Shown here one piece after another: positions 29,002 through 39,104 of a stretch of DNA of 49,097 nucleotides; position 1 is the first letter of the stretch; every line of letters begins with the position of its first letter. The stretch lies in NCBI GenBank assembly GCA_016208235.1, contig JACQYN010000003.1:1-49097 (forward strand), in the 5' to 3' direction. Source of the DNA: Deltaproteobacteria bacterium (GTDB lineage: Bacteria; Desulfobacterota; Desulfobaccia; Desulfobaccales; 0-14-0-80-60-11). The notes under the pieces are model-generated. The model saw nothing but the letters and a program-made list of their open reading frames with translations. It was not told where the DNA came from and did not search any database. The position numbers were made by a program, and so were the translations under genes.

Positions 29002-29082
29002 GCATTATCTCTTTGTAGGGGTGGGAAGGGAGATTCAGGAGGGCAGGGACCCGCGGCCCCTGGCCCCCTTCCCCAAAAATCA

Positions 29083-31284
29083 TTAGCTACACCGTGAAAA
29101 CCCGCACCCCCTACACACCAAGCACCCGCTCTCGTGTTCAATCGTTCCGCCGCAGTCGGGGCAGGAGGCCATGATCATGGTGGGGGCCGGGGCTTCTACT
29201 TGGGCGATGTTGGAGAGGACTTTGGCGATGGCGTCCGGGCAGGAGAGCACCTGGTGGCCGTTTTGCCAGATGGAGCTGGGGCAGCGGATGCCGGTGATTT
29301 GCTTGATGATGGCGTCGATCTTCACCCCGGAGCGCAGCGCCAGGGAAATGAGCCGGCCGGTGGATTCGATCTGGCTGGACGCGCAACCCCCGGTTTTCCC
29401 CATCTGCGCAAAAACCTCGCAGAAGCCCAGGTCGTCTTTGTTCACCGTGACGTAGAGCTTGCCGCAGCCGGTGTTGATGAGCTCCGTGGCCCCGGTGGTG
29501 CGCGCGGGCCGGGGCCGGGGGGTGATGTACTCCAGCTCTTTGGGCTTGGCGCCGAAGCTCAACACCTGCTGGTCCCGGCTGCCGTCCCGGTAGATGGTCA
29601 CGCCCTTAAGGCCCATCTCAAAGGCCTGGAGATAGACCTGGCGTACGTCTTCGGGAGTGGCCTGGTGGGGGAAGTTCACGGTTTTCGACACCGCGTTGTC
29701 GGTGTATTTCTGGAACGCGGCCTGGAGCCGGATGTGCCAGACGGGGGAGACCTCGTGCGCGGTGACGAAGCGGCGGCGGACGTCTTTGGGAATCTCCTTG
29801 AAGTCCCGGATGGAGCCGCTCTGGGCGATCTGGCGCATGAGCTCGGTGCTGTAGAACCCCCGCTCCTTGGCCAGTTCCTCGAAGTAGGGATGGACCTCCA
29901 CCAGTTCGGTGCCCTCCAGGACTCGGCGCACGTAGGAGACCGCGAAAAGCGGCTCGATGCCGCTGGAGCAGCCGGCAATGATGCTGATGGTGCCGGTGGG
30001 CGCGATGGTGGTGGTGGTGGCGTTGCGCATCCGGCCCACGCCGTTGCCGTCAAAGCGGCTGCCCGCGTAGTAGCGGAAATTGCCCCGGCGGTCGGCTAAA
30101 TGCGCGGAGGCCTGGCGGGCCTCTTTCTGGATAAAGGCCATGACCTCTTCGCCCACGGCCACCGCCTCGTCGGTATTATAGGAGATGCCCAACTGAATAA
30201 GCATATCCGCGAAGCCCATGACCCCCAGGCCGATCTTGCGGTTGTCCAGGGTGCGTTCCTTGATGCTCTCCAGGGGAAAGTTGTTGGCGTCGATGACGTT
30301 GTCCAGGAAATGCACCGCGGTGTGCACAATCTTTCTAAGCAGGGTGTAGTCCACGGTGCCGTTTTTGACCACCTTGGCCAGGTTTAAGGAGCCCAGGTTG
30401 CAGGACTCGTAGGGGAGCAGGGGCTGCTCGCCGCAGGGGTTGGTGGCCTCAACCTCACCCAGGTGGGGCAGGGTGTTGGCCCGGTTGATGGCGTCCAGGA
30501 AGATGATGCCCGGCTCCCCGGTGGCCCAGGCGCTCTCCACGATGAGGTCGAAGAGTTGGTCGGCCCGGACCCGTTTCACTTCCTCCCGGGTGCGGGGGTT
30601 GATCAGGGGGAAATCCGCCTTTTCCTTCACCGCGTCCATAAACGCGTCGGTGAGGCCCACGGAGATGTTGAAGTTGGTGAGGCGCTTGGTGTCGTTCTTA
30701 CAGGTGATGAAACGTTCGATGTCCGGGTGGTCGATGCGGAGTATCCCCATGTTTGCCCCCCGGCGGGTGCCGCCTTGCTTGATGGTCTCGGTGGCCACGT
30801 CGAAGATGTTCATGAAGGAGATGGGTCCGGAGGCCACGCCCTTGGTGGACAGCACCCCATCGTTTTCCGGGCGGATGCGGGAGAAGGAGAAGCCGGTGCC
30901 GCCGCCGGATTTGTGGATGATGGCGGTGTGTTTGATGGCGTCGAAGATGCTCTCGATGGAGTCCTCCACCGGCAGGACAAAACAGGCGGAGAGCTGGCCC
31001 AGCTCCCGGCCGGCGTTCATCAGGGTGGGGGAATTGGGCATGAAATACAGCCCGGCCATGAGCTCGTAGAATTTACGGGTGGTGGCGGCCACCTCTGCCT
31101 GGGGATCATAGTCGCGGTCCACCTGGGCGATGGTCTCCGCCACCCGGCGGAACATCTCCTGGGCCCCTTCGGTGACTTCGCCGTTGTCGTCCTTTTTCAG
31201 GTAGCGGCGCTTGAGCACCACCACGGCGTTGGGGCTTAAAGGCAGTTCACCGGCTATGGTCCTGGATTCTGCGAGTTGGCCCAT
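29083..31284 (-). CDS. nrdJ: Vitamin B12-dependent (class II) ribonucleotide reductase
   Basis: PNSPTLMNAG, SACFV, TNPCGEQPL, IAPTGT, SCPD domain, C-terminal CPDC/CRGC. Confidence 0.95.
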   Translation of the reverse strand: MGQLAESRTIAGELPLSPNAVVVLKRRYLKKDDNGEVTEGAQEMFRRVAETIAQVDRDYDPQAEVAATTRKFYELMAGLYFMPNSPTLMNAGRELGQLSACFVLPVEDSIESIFDAIKHTAIIHKSGGGTGFSFSRIRPENDGVLSTKGVASGPISFMNIFDVATETIKQGGTRRGANMGILRIDHPDIERFITCKNDTKRLTNFNISVGLTDAFMDAVKEKADFPLINPRTREEVKRVRADQLFDLIVESAWATGEPGIIFLDAINRANTLPHLGEVEATNPCGEQPLLPYESCNLGSLNLAKVVKNGTVDYTLLRKIVHTAVHFLDNVIDANNFPLESIKERTLDNRKIGLGVMGFADMLIQLGISYNTDEAVAVGEEVMAFIQKEARQASAHLADRRGNFRYYAGSRFDGNGVGRMRNATTTTIAPTGTISIIAGCSSGIEPLFAVSYVRRVLEGTELVEVHPYFEELAKERGFYSTELMRQIAQSGSIRDFKEIPKDVRRRFVTAHEVSPVWHIRLQAAFQKYTDNAVSKTVNFPHQATPEDVRQVYLQAFEMGLKGVTIYRDGSRDQQVLSFGAKPKELEYITPRPRPARTTGATELINTGCGKLYVTVNKDDLGFCEVFAQMGKTGGCASSQIESTGRLISLALRSGVKIDAIIKQITGIRCPSSIWQNGHQVLSCPDAIAKVLSNIAQVEAPAPTMIMASCPDCGGTIEHESGCLVCRGCGFSRCS

Positions 31285-31326
31285 GTTCTCCTCCTTCTTT
31301 CAAGGGGTTGCTTATTTCTCTTTGCA

Positions 31327-31342
31327 ATACAACATATTGTAT
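31327..31342 (-). promoter_or_regulatory. NrdR box
   Basis: atacaatatgttgtat resembles the acaCwAtATaTwGtg consensus and lies upstream of the RNR gene. Confidence 0.7.
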
Positions 31343-31355
31343 ATTTAGCAATTCC

Positions 31356-31383
31356 ATTATACAAAATAGTGGGAGAAAGTCAA
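31356..31383 (-). promoter_or_regulatory. Sigma70 promoter of nrdJ
   Basis: TTGACT-16 nt-TATAAT. Confidence 0.6.
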
Positions 31384-31614
31384 AAGATTTTGGAAAGATT
31401 TTCAAGTGGAGTGGAAGATTGCCGGAGGCGTGCTCTGTTGCCATTTAAAGCTAAATTTTATCTAAATTTTATCCTATAAAATAAGAAGTTGCCACTAGTT
31501 ACCAAATCCATTTGCCCCATTTCCCGGTGTCTGCAGACGTCCATTCCGTTTGCCTTTTCCCTGGTTCTGAGTTATAAACTCATGCAAATACTCTTGTGAG
31601 ATCAGGGGGCGAAA

Positions 31615-32604
31615 TTGGCCGCTAAAAATATCAACATCCTGGGGACCGGAGCCTACGTGCCGGAGCGGGTCCTCACCAATGAAGACCTGGAAAAGATCGT
31701 GGACACTTCGTCCACCTGGATCATGGAGCGCACCGGCATCCGGGAGCGCCGCATCGCCGCGCCGGATGAAGATATCGTCACCATGGGAGTGGCGGCCGCC
31801 CGCCTGGCCCTGGCCGCGGCCGGGTTGGAGGCGAGGCAACTGAGTTATATTATTTTGGCCACCAACAGCCCCAATTATCTCTACCCCGCGGCAGCCATCC
31901 GGGTCCAGGACGCCCTGGGGCTGAACGGCGTCATCGGGGCCTTTGACCTCCAGGCCGGTTGCTGCGGTTTCAACTACGCCCTCTATGTGGCGGAGCGCCT
32001 GGTGGCCCAGGAGGGTAAATACGCCCTGGTCATCGGCAGCGACGCCAATTCCCGCTTCACGGACTGGACCAACCGCTCCACCTGCATCCTCTTCGGGGAC
32101 GGGGCCGGCGCGGTGGTGGTGGGACCGGCCCAAAAAGGGCGCATCGTCACCTCTTTTATCGCCTCCAGCCTGAATATGAACCTCCATTGTGAAACGGAAT
32201 TCAACCAGGAGGTGAGCCCGTTCCTTCCCCCCCAGACCCACACCGAACGCCATTTCCTGACCATGGACGGTCCGGAGGTCTTTAAGTTTGCGGTGGGCGC
32301 GGTGAAGGAGTCCATCCGCCGCATCATGGAGACGACCCAACTCAACCGGGAGGACCTGGACTTTCTCATCCTCCATCAGGCCAACTGGCGTATCCTGGAC
32401 GCAGGCGCCCGTTTCGCCAAGGTGCCCATGGAAAAGGTCTTCGTCAATGTGGACCGGTACGGCAACACCTCCGCGGCCTCGGTGCCCATCGCCCTGCACG
32501 AAGCCGTGCAAGAAGGCAAGATTAAGGAAGGAGACAAGGTGCTCCTGGTGAGCTTCGGGGCCGGAGCCACCTGGGGCGCGGCATTAATAGAATGGGGGAA
32601 GTAG
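31615..32604 (+). CDS. fabH: Beta-ketoacyl-ACP synthase III
   Basis: RTGIRERR, catalytic Cys in AGCCGF, FGDGAGA, HQAN, GNTSAAS. Confidence 0.95.
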   Translation: MAAKNINILGTGAYVPERVLTNEDLEKIVDTSSTWIMERTGIRERRIAAPDEDIVTMGVAAARLALAAAGLEARQLSYIILATNSPNYLYPAAAIRVQDALGLNGVIGAFDLQAGCCGFNYALYVAERLVAQEGKYALVIGSDANSRFTDWTNRSTCILFGDGAGAVVVGPAQKGRIVTSFIASSLNMNLHCETEFNQEVSPFLPPQTHTERHFLTMDGPEVFKFAVGAVKESIRRIMETTQLNREDLDFLILHQANWRILDAGARFAKVPMEKVFVNVDRYGNTSAASVPIALHEAVQEGKIKEGDKVLLVSFGAGATWGAALIEWGK

Positions 32605-32732
32605 CTTTCAGCTATCAGCTATCAGCAGTCAGCCAAAAAAATTTCAGGAACCGTATTACCTTGGTAACACGGTTCCTTTCTTTTTTTCTGAAAGCTGAAA
32701 GCTGAAAGCTGAAAGCTGATAGCTGATAGCTT
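32603..32732. repeat. Inverted arrays of heptamer repeats (gctatca/gctttca versus gctgaaa/gctgata)
   Basis: Read directly; same family at about 10688, 17011, 36442 and 36691. Confidence 0.85.
32646..32688 (+). terminator. Intrinsic terminator after fabH
   Basis: ggaaccgt...acggttcc stem followed by a T tract. Confidence 0.75.
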
Positions 32733-32734
32733 TA

Positions 32735-33427
32735 TCACATAATCCGAATCTTCTTAGGTTGCTCCGGTTCGGGCTCCTTGACGGGAGCTGGTTTCTCTGG
32801 AGGAGCAGGCTTGGCCGCCGGGGGCGCGGGCTTTTCCGGCGCGGGAGCAGGCTTGGGAGCAGGCTTGGCAGCAGGCTCCGTGGGCTTGGCGGGCCGGGGT
32901 TCCTCCGGCTTTTTCTTGGGGGGCGCAGGCGCTTCCCCGGGTTTAGCGGGTTTAGGCTTCTCCACCACCGGGGGTTTGGCCGGAGGCGGCTTTTCCACCG
33001 GGGGCGGCGCGGGGGCTACCAGCGGGGGAGGAGGCGGCGTCACGGCCGGGGGCGGCGGTGCTTCGGGAGCGGCGGTCACCGGCTCCGGGGAGAGATAGCG
33101 AGTCGTGACCCAGCCCCGGCGTCCGTCCCGCTTGACTATGACTTCGCACCAGTCATCCATTTCCCCTATTTTTTCCACGACTTCATTCTGTTCCAGCGTA
33201 GAAATTTTGGGGCAGTCCATGCCCGCACAGCCCCGGAGATTGAGGCGGGTAGCCGCGACGTAAAATACCGGACGCTGGACTTCGGGGGGCGGCGCCGGCT
33301 TGGGGGGCAGCGGTGGGGGTACGTAAGGGGTCTCGTAAATCCTGGGAGCGCAGCCAATCAGCCAGAGAGCCAGGCAGCATCCCAGGAGCCGCGGCCATAG
33401 AAGCATTCCTGCAGACAGGGTTTTCAC
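32735..33427 (-). CDS. SH3-domain lipoprotein with a Pro/Ala/Lys-rich tail
   Basis: Lipobox LIGC; LNLR...W..V...GWV..RYL bacterial SH3 pattern. Confidence 0.82.
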   Translation of the reverse strand: MKTLSAGMLLWPRLLGCCLALWLIGCAPRIYETPYVPPPLPPKPAPPPEVQRPVFYVAATRLNLRGCAGMDCPKISTLEQNEVVEKIGEMDDWCEVIVKRDGRRGWVTTRYLSPEPVTAAPEAPPPPAVTPPPPPLVAPAPPPVEKPPPAKPPVVEKPKPAKPGEAPAPPKKKPEEPRPAKPTEPAAKPAPKPAPAPEKPAPPAAKPAPPEKPAPVKEPEPEQPKKIRIM

Positions 33428-33428
33428 C

Positions 33429-34181
33429 TTAAGAAGGTCCCCCTCCCTCTTCCCGGCTATCCCGGATTTTCCAATTGTCGTCGGTTTTCTCCAGCATTAT
33501 CTTGTAGCTGGGGCGGAGCAAGGTATAGTCATGGGTGCGGTGATCCCAAACCTGAATGTTCCACACCAGGTCGGCGTTGGCCTGGCGGTCGCCCTGGCGC
33601 TGGACGTTGGAAATGCGGTAGGATACTTCCCGGACATCATAATTTTTCCACAGTTCCAGGATCTGGCTTTCCAGGCGTCCCAGGTGGGGATAGGCGGAAT
33701 GATAGCAATTGAGCCATTTATTGATGTCTTTATTGAGATGGGCGGAGCGGATCTTTTCCGCCAGCTTTTCCACCTCCAGCCGCATATCGTCCTGGGGAGT
33801 GGCCACGGTGGGCACTCGCGGCGTGGGCGCGATCTTGGGCAGGCGAGACCACAGGTAGACTCCCCCCAGGCCCAACAGCATGATGCCCACTAGAAACAGG
33901 GCCAGCTTGGGCCGCCGCCGGGGACGGCGGGAGCGGGGCTCGGAGTTGCGGGGATAAAATAAGGGAGGCCGGGCCGCAGGCTCCTCTTCTTCCGTGGTGA
34001 CCCGGGCCACCCGCAAGGGCAACCCGCAATCGGTGCAAAATTTCTGTCCGGGAAAGGTCCCGGTGCCGCAGCGGGCGCAGGGTCTGCCTCCGGCCTGGGA
34101 GCCTTTTAACAATTGCCCGCAACGTTGACAGAAACGGTGTTCTTCGCCGTGGATTATTTGACATTGTTTACAATAGGGCAT
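33429..34181 (-). CDS. Double zinc-ribbon membrane protein with an NTF2-like C-terminal domain
   Basis: Four CxxC pairs, one TM segment, C-terminal WKI motif. Confidence 0.78.
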   Translation of the reverse strand: MPYCKQCQIIHGEEHRFCQRCGQLLKGSQAGGRPCARCGTGTFPGQKFCTDCGLPLRVARVTTEEEEPAARPPLFYPRNSEPRSRRPRRRPKLALFLVGIMLLGLGGVYLWSRLPKIAPTPRVPTVATPQDDMRLEVEKLAEKIRSAHLNKDINKWLNCYHSAYPHLGRLESQILELWKNYDVREVSYRISNVQRQGDRQANADLVWNIQVWDHRTHDYTLLRPSYKIMLEKTDDNWKIRDSREEGGGPS

Positions 34182-34409
34182 CTTTATCTCTGATTCTCCG
34201 AGGTTCCCAAAATTTCTAACACATTCCCAGGCAAAAGCAAAGAATAATCAAACATGTACCTGCCGGGATGAAAAACGCCCAACGCCGTGGGAAAGACAAA
34301 GTTCTAGAGGTAAAATAGCCGGAATAGGGGAAAATCATGTATGCGCCCCTTGACAACCCCTTGGCGGCCCGGATATAAATATACGGTTATCAATCAGGAG
34401 CGTTATCTC

Positions 34410-34844
34410 ATGAAAAGCTATATGGCCCGGAAGGGAGAAGTGCCCCGCCAGTGGTATGTGGTGGATGCCCAGGGCAAGGTGTTGGGTCGTCTGGCCAGTC
34501 GCGTGGCTATGGTCCTCCGGGGCAAAAACAAGGCCAATTTTACTCCCCATGCGGACGCCGGGGATTTTGTGGTGGTGGTGAACGCCGCCCAGGTGCTCTT
34601 GACGGGACGGAAGCTGGATCAGAAGTTCTATTACCGGCATTCCGGTTACACGGGAGGTTTGAAGACCACCACCGCCCGCCAGCTCCTTAACAAGAAACCC
34701 GAAGAGGTCCTGCGCCACGCAGTGCGGGGGATGCTGCCGAAAACCAGCCTGGGCCGGCACCTGTTGAAGAAATTGAAAATCTACGCCGGAGGCGAACATC
34801 CCCACCAGGCCCAGCAGCCGGTTTCCTTAACTTGGGAGGATTGA
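34410..34844 (+). CDS. rplM: 50S ribosomal protein L13
   Basis: WYVVDA, LGRLAS, LRGKNK, HSGYTGG, GMLPK. Confidence 0.98.
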   Translation: MKSYMARKGEVPRQWYVVDAQGKVLGRLASRVAMVLRGKNKANFTPHADAGDFVVVVNAAQVLLTGRKLDQKFYYRHSGYTGGLKTTTARQLLNKKPEEVLRHAVRGMLPKTSLGRHLLKKLKIYAGGEHPHQAQQPVSLTWED

Positions 34845-35239
34845 TGACTGCCATTACCAACATTCAGGCCACCGGCAAACGCAAGTCCGCGATAGCCCGG
34901 GTTTATATGCGGCCCGGCACCGGCCGCATCGTCGTGAACCATAGGGCTTTTGAAGAATATTTCCCTATGGAGACCACCCGCAACCTGGTGCGCCAGCCAT
35001 TAAACCTGGTCAACGCCGGCCCCGAGCTGGATATCCTCATCAATGTCATGGGTGGAGGGTTGGAAGGCCAGGCCGGCGCGGTCCGCCACGGACTCAGCCG
35101 GGCGCTGGTAGCACTCAACGCCGAGTTTCGGGGCGTCCTGAAAAAGGCCGGGCTCCTCACCCGGGACCCCCGGATCAAAGAACGGAAGAAATACGGCCGC
35201 CGGGGCGCCCGCCGGGGCTGCCAGTATTCCAAACGGTAA
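34844..35239 (+). CDS. rpsI: 30S ribosomal protein S9
   Basis: GKRKSAIARV, GQAGAVRHG, LTRDPR, QYSKR. Confidence 0.98.
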   Translation: MTAITNIQATGKRKSAIARVYMRPGTGRIVVNHRAFEEYFPMETTRNLVRQPLNLVNAGPELDILINVMGGGLEGQAGAVRHGLSRALVALNAEFRGVLKKAGLLTRDPRIKERKKYGRRGARRGCQYSKR

Positions 35240-35273
35240 GTTATCCTCACGGAAACTCTGGGCCTTTGCCCTG

Positions 35274-35367
35274 AAAAGGGTTAAAAGGGGAAAAGGCGAA
35301 AAGGGGAAAAGGGTTTATCCCTTGCTCTCACCCTTTTCCCCTTTTCCCCTTTTATCCTTTTACCCCC
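35274..35367. repeat. Inverted arrays of octamer repeats (aaaagggg / cccctttt)
   Basis: Read directly between rpsI and argC. Confidence 0.8.
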
Positions 35368-35397
35368 TGGGCACCTACAGGGCAGGAGCAAGTTTTT

Positions 35398-36441
35398 ATG
35401 AACAAGATCAAAGTCGCGATCATCGGCGCGTCCGGCTATGCCGGCCTGGAATTGGTGCGGCTTCTGGCCCGCCACCCCGGCTGTGAGCTGGTGGCCCTCA
35501 CTTCCCTGGAATACCCGGGCCGTTCCTTTGACCAGGTCTTTCCGGCCCTGGCCGGCATCGTCCGGCTTCCCTTCAGCGACTCCGGGCCGGAAGAAATCGC
35601 GGCCCAAGCCGAGGTGGTCTTCACCGCGGTGCCCCACCAGGCCGCCATGGGCATGATTCCCGGTTTCCTGGAGCGGGGGTGCAAGGTAGTGGACTTGAGC
35701 GCGGATTTCCGCTTCCCGGAAGCAAACCTTTATGAGAAGTGGTATCAGGCCCATACGGCTCCCGAGCTGTTGGCGGAGACGGTTTACGGCCTTCCCGAAC
35801 TACACCGGGAGGAGGTGCGCAAGACCCGCCTGGTGGGCAACCCCGGATGTTATCCCACCTGCGTCATCCTGGGGCTGGCCCCCCTGGCCAAGGCCGGTCT
35901 GCTCCAGCCCGATTCGGTGATCGCCGATTGCAAATCCGGGGTGAGCGGCGCCGGCCGCCAGGCCCTGTTGGGCATTACCTTCTGCGAAGTCAATGACGGC
36001 TTCCGGGCTTACAAGGTGCTGGAGCACCGGCATACCCCGGAGATGGAGCAAGAGTTGAGCGCACTCGCGGGGACGCGGGTAAAAGTTACCTTTACCCCCC
36101 ATCTCGTCCCCATGAGCCGGGGTATCCTGGGGACCCTTTACGCCGGCTTGACGGAGTCCCGGTCGGAAGAGGAACTCCGGGGACTCTACTACCGGTTTTA
36201 TGAAGGGCACCCCTTTGTGCGCCTCCACCCGCCGGGGAGGCTGCCGGATACCCGGGACGTCAGGGGCGCAAATTTTTGCGACCTGGCCCTGCGGGTGGAC
36301 CCGGAAACCCGGCGGGTCATCGTCCTTTCGGTCATCGACAATCTTAACAAAGGCGCGGCGGGCCAGGCGATTCAGAATTTCAACCTTATGGTGGGATTCC
36401 CGGAGACCATGGGGCTGGAGGTAGTGCCGTTCGTTCCATAG
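35398..36441 (+). CDS. argC: N-acetyl-gamma-glutamyl-phosphate reductase
   Basis: GASGYAG, DLSADFR, NPGCYPT, SGVSGAGR, DNLNKGAAGQA. Confidence 0.97.
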   Translation: MNKIKVAIIGASGYAGLELVRLLARHPGCELVALTSLEYPGRSFDQVFPALAGIVRLPFSDSGPEEIAAQAEVVFTAVPHQAAMGMIPGFLERGCKVVDLSADFRFPEANLYEKWYQAHTAPELLAETVYGLPELHREEVRKTRLVGNPGCYPTCVILGLAPLAKAGLLQPDSVIADCKSGVSGAGRQALLGITFCEVNDGFRAYKVLEHRHTPEMEQELSALAGTRVKVTFTPHLVPMSRGILGTLYAGLTESRSEEELRGLYYRFYEGHPFVRLHPPGRLPDTRDVRGANFCDLALRVDPETRRVIVLSVIDNLNKGAAGQAIQNFNLMVGFPETMGLEVVPFVP

Positions 36442-36569
36442 TAGCTTTCAGCTATCAGCTTTCAGCGGTCAGCTTTAAGCAACCAAATATGAAAATCCGA
36501 TGTAGGGGTGACGCCTGAGTCACCCCTTTTTCTTTATAATAACTATCAGTTATTAAAAGTATGTTTTGA

Positions 36570-36629
36570 GTAGGGGCGAACCTTGTGTTCGCCCTGAATG
36601 GCGGGGGCGAACACAAGGTTCGCCCCTAC
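36570..36629. repeat. GTAG REP doublet (RAYT2 type, REPIN-like)
   Basis: gtaggggcgaaccttgtgttcgccc-spacer-gggcgaacacaaggttcgcccctac. Confidence 0.9.
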
Positions 36630-36728
36630 TCGGTATAATCTCTTTAAATGCAATTCCTTATTGGCTATAAGATAAGTATTTAACTGAAAAAAGCTGAAAG
36701 CTGACCGCTGAAAGCTGATAGCTACTAT

Positions 36729-37466
36729 ATGCGCAATATCCGTCTCCTCCTGGAATACGACGGCGCCGCCTACCACGGCTGGCAGCGCCAGAAAAACGCC
36801 CTGACCATCCAGGAAGTGGTGGAAAAAGCCCTGGCCAAACTCATCGGCGAGCCGGTCAAGCTCCTGGGTTCCGGCCGCACCGACGCAGGCGTGCACGCCT
36901 GGGGCCAGGTGGCCAATTTCCACACCGCCAGTCATATACCGCTGAAAGCCTTTCACGCGGGCTTGAATTCCCTCCTGCCCCGGGATATCGCGGTGCTGGA
37001 CGCGGCGGAAGCCCCGGCGGACTTCCACGCCCGCAAGTCCGCCCGGGCCAAGACCTATGAATACCGGATTTTGAACCGCAAGGAGCCCTCGCCCTTAAAC
37101 CGCCGATATGCCTGGCTGGTGCGGCAAACCCTGGACCTGGAAGCCATGGCCCAAGCTGCAGCTATGCTCCTTGGGGAGCACGATTTTTCTGCATTCCGGG
37201 CCAGCGGCGGCAGCCCCGGCCATGCGGTCAGGCAGATTCTGGCCGCGGCCTGGCATCCGGGAGCGGAAGGTAGCCTCCGTTTCTCCATCACCGCCAACGG
37301 CTTCCTCCGGGGCATGGTGCGGAGCCTGGTGGGCACCATGGTGGAGATCGGCCAGGGCAAACGTCCCCCGGAGGACCTGGCCGGACTGCTGGCAAGCGGC
37401 GACCGCTCTGGTGCCGGCGCCACCGCCCCGGCCCATGGCCTTTTCCTGGTGGAGGTGGTTTATTGA
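36729..37466 (+). CDS. truA: tRNA pseudouridine(38-40) synthase
   Basis: YDGAAYHGWQ, GRTDAGVHA, FHAR, GFLRGMVR, APAHGL. Confidence 0.97.
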   Translation: MRNIRLLLEYDGAAYHGWQRQKNALTIQEVVEKALAKLIGEPVKLLGSGRTDAGVHAWGQVANFHTASHIPLKAFHAGLNSLLPRDIAVLDAAEAPADFHARKSARAKTYEYRILNRKEPSPLNRRYAWLVRQTLDLEAMAQAAAMLLGEHDFSAFRASGGSPGHAVRQILAAAWHPGAEGSLRFSITANGFLRGMVRSLVGTMVEIGQGKRPPEDLAGLLASGDRSGAGATAPAHGLFLVEVVY

Positions 37467-37529
37467 GCGGATTGTGGGGGGAGGGCCAGGGACCTCAGAT
37501 CCCTGGCCCTCCCCTCAGGCAGACCTTTT

Positions 37530-38553
37530 TTACTTCGCCAGCACGAACTTCCCGTCTTTTACCTGGACCATGACCATGGAATCCACGTCCAGGCCGTTGT
37601 GGTCTTCCGGCGTCAGATTATAGATCCCGGAAATCCCCACGTAGCCCTTGGTGCCCTCGATGGCTGCGCGCAGAGCCTTGGGGTCCGTGCCCGCCTTTTT
37701 CATGGCGTTGGCCACAATGTAAATGGCGTCCCAGGCGTACCCGGAGTGGGTGTTGATGGGAAATTGCTTATCGTACTTATACTGGTCTTTGTAAAGCTTG
37801 ATGAATTCCTGAATCGGCCTTGTTCTTGGAAACAATGGCCCCAGCCGGCCCGATGGTCCAGCAGATGATAGCCTGGGGCTTGGCGTTCTTAATCTTGGTG
37901 AGCTGCGCGGTCATATCCGTGTCGCTGGGGCCGAATGACTCCTTGGCCACGAAGGTGATGCCGAAGTCCGGGGCCAGTTTCTCCAGCCACATGGCGCCGT
38001 CCTTGCCGAAAGCGTCGGACGCGGTGAGCAGCGCCACCTTGGTCAGCTTCTTCTCTTTCAGATAGCCATAGAGCTTTTTCACCGCGGTGGAGGACCGCTG
38101 GGGGGATTTAAAAACGTAATCAAAAGCCCCTAATTTCTCGCCACCCATGATAACCGGATCGCCCCCCACGGTCATAAAGGTGGGAATGCCTGCTTCCACC
38201 ACGATCTTTTTGACGTTCATGCCTTCGCCCGTGGAAGTGGGGCCGATGATGGCCGCCACCTTATCGGCATGGATGAACTTCTTGGCGATGGTGGCGGCCT
38301 TGGCCGGGTCGCTCTCGGTGTCGCCGATGATCAACTGAATGGGCCGGCCATTGATGCCCCCTTCTTTATTGATCTTATCCACCACCATCTCCGCCACCAG
38401 CTTGGTGGGGGTGCCGATGTGGGCCGCAGGTCCCGACAAGGCAAAGAACGCGCCAAGTTTGATGGGCTCTTTTGGGTCCGCAGCCTGGGCCGATAATGAC
38501 ACGGTTCCCACCAGGGCGACCGCCACCACGATCGCAATCCACCTGCTCTTCAT
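37530..38553 (-). pseudogene. Liv-type ABC substrate-binding protein, split by a frameshift with apparent internal deletion near 37817
   Basis: N part (37777-38553: signal peptide, LSGPAA, GGINGRP, IIGP) and C part (37530-37835: AWDA, GISGIYN) are in different frames. Confidence 0.8.
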
Positions 38554-38597
38554 GAATGGTTCCTCCTCTGTTTTCCTTAAGCGCATTTTTCACCTTT

Positions 38598-38680
38598 ACC
38601 ACAGAGACGCTGAGGACACAAAGAGGAAACAAAAAAAAGATTGTGCCCGGGCACAATCTTTTTCTCTGCGTCTCTGCGGT
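38598..38680. repeat. Palindromic element with an inner perfect 30-bp palindrome
   Basis: accacagagacgc...gcgtctctgcggt arms; inner aaaaagattgtgcccgggcacaatcttttt. Confidence 0.8.
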
Positions 38681-38704
38681 TAAAACCTCTGGGCGCCGAC
38701 TTCC

Positions 38705-38884
38705 TCACCAGGAACCGCTCATCCCCGGCGGGCAGCCTGGGGAGCAGGTGGCATCCGCACCCCAATTATAATTGGATGACGGAATCGGCCGGGGTGACGC
38801 CGTTCCCTGGCCCTCCATGCCGCCGGCGCACCCGGCCAGGGCCAGCATCAGCAGCAAGGCAAATATTAGTCCAAACTTCTTCAT
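38705..38884 (-). CDS. Small lipoprotein (59 aa), absent from the ORF track
   Basis: Hand translation MKKFGLIFALLLMLALAGC...CSPGCPPGMSGSW; SD aggag; lipobox LAGC. Confidence 0.72.
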   Translation of the reverse strand: MKKFGLIFALLLMLALAGCAGGMEGQGTASPRPIPSSNYNWGADATCSPGCPPGMSGSW

Positions 38885-38978
38885 GATTAACTCCTGTTAT
38901 AAGGGGTTGGGGGAGGGGGTTTGGGGGAGGGGGCAGGGGCTACGAGCCCCTGGCCCCCTCCCCTAACATCCTTTCTAT

Positions 38979-39086
38979 TTATATCACGGAATCCGTGATG
39001 CGCGTATCAAAAACCCTCTTGCTCTTCCGGTCCGTGCGGGGGAGTGCGCCGTATTCCACCACCTCCACCTCCGGGGTGGCCAGGAG
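38979..39086 (-). repeat. 108-bp orphan duplicate of the paaK 3' end
   Basis: Encodes LLATPEVEVVEYGALPRTDRKSKRVFDTRITDSVI*; matches 39887-39994. Confidence 0.92.
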
Positions 39087-39104
39087 TCAGCCGATTTACT
39101 TTTT

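Noticed and set aside
31285..31614. Cobalamin riboswitch upstream of B12-dependent nrdJ
   Set aside because: Predicted leader is short and no B12 box is visible; an NrdR box is present instead
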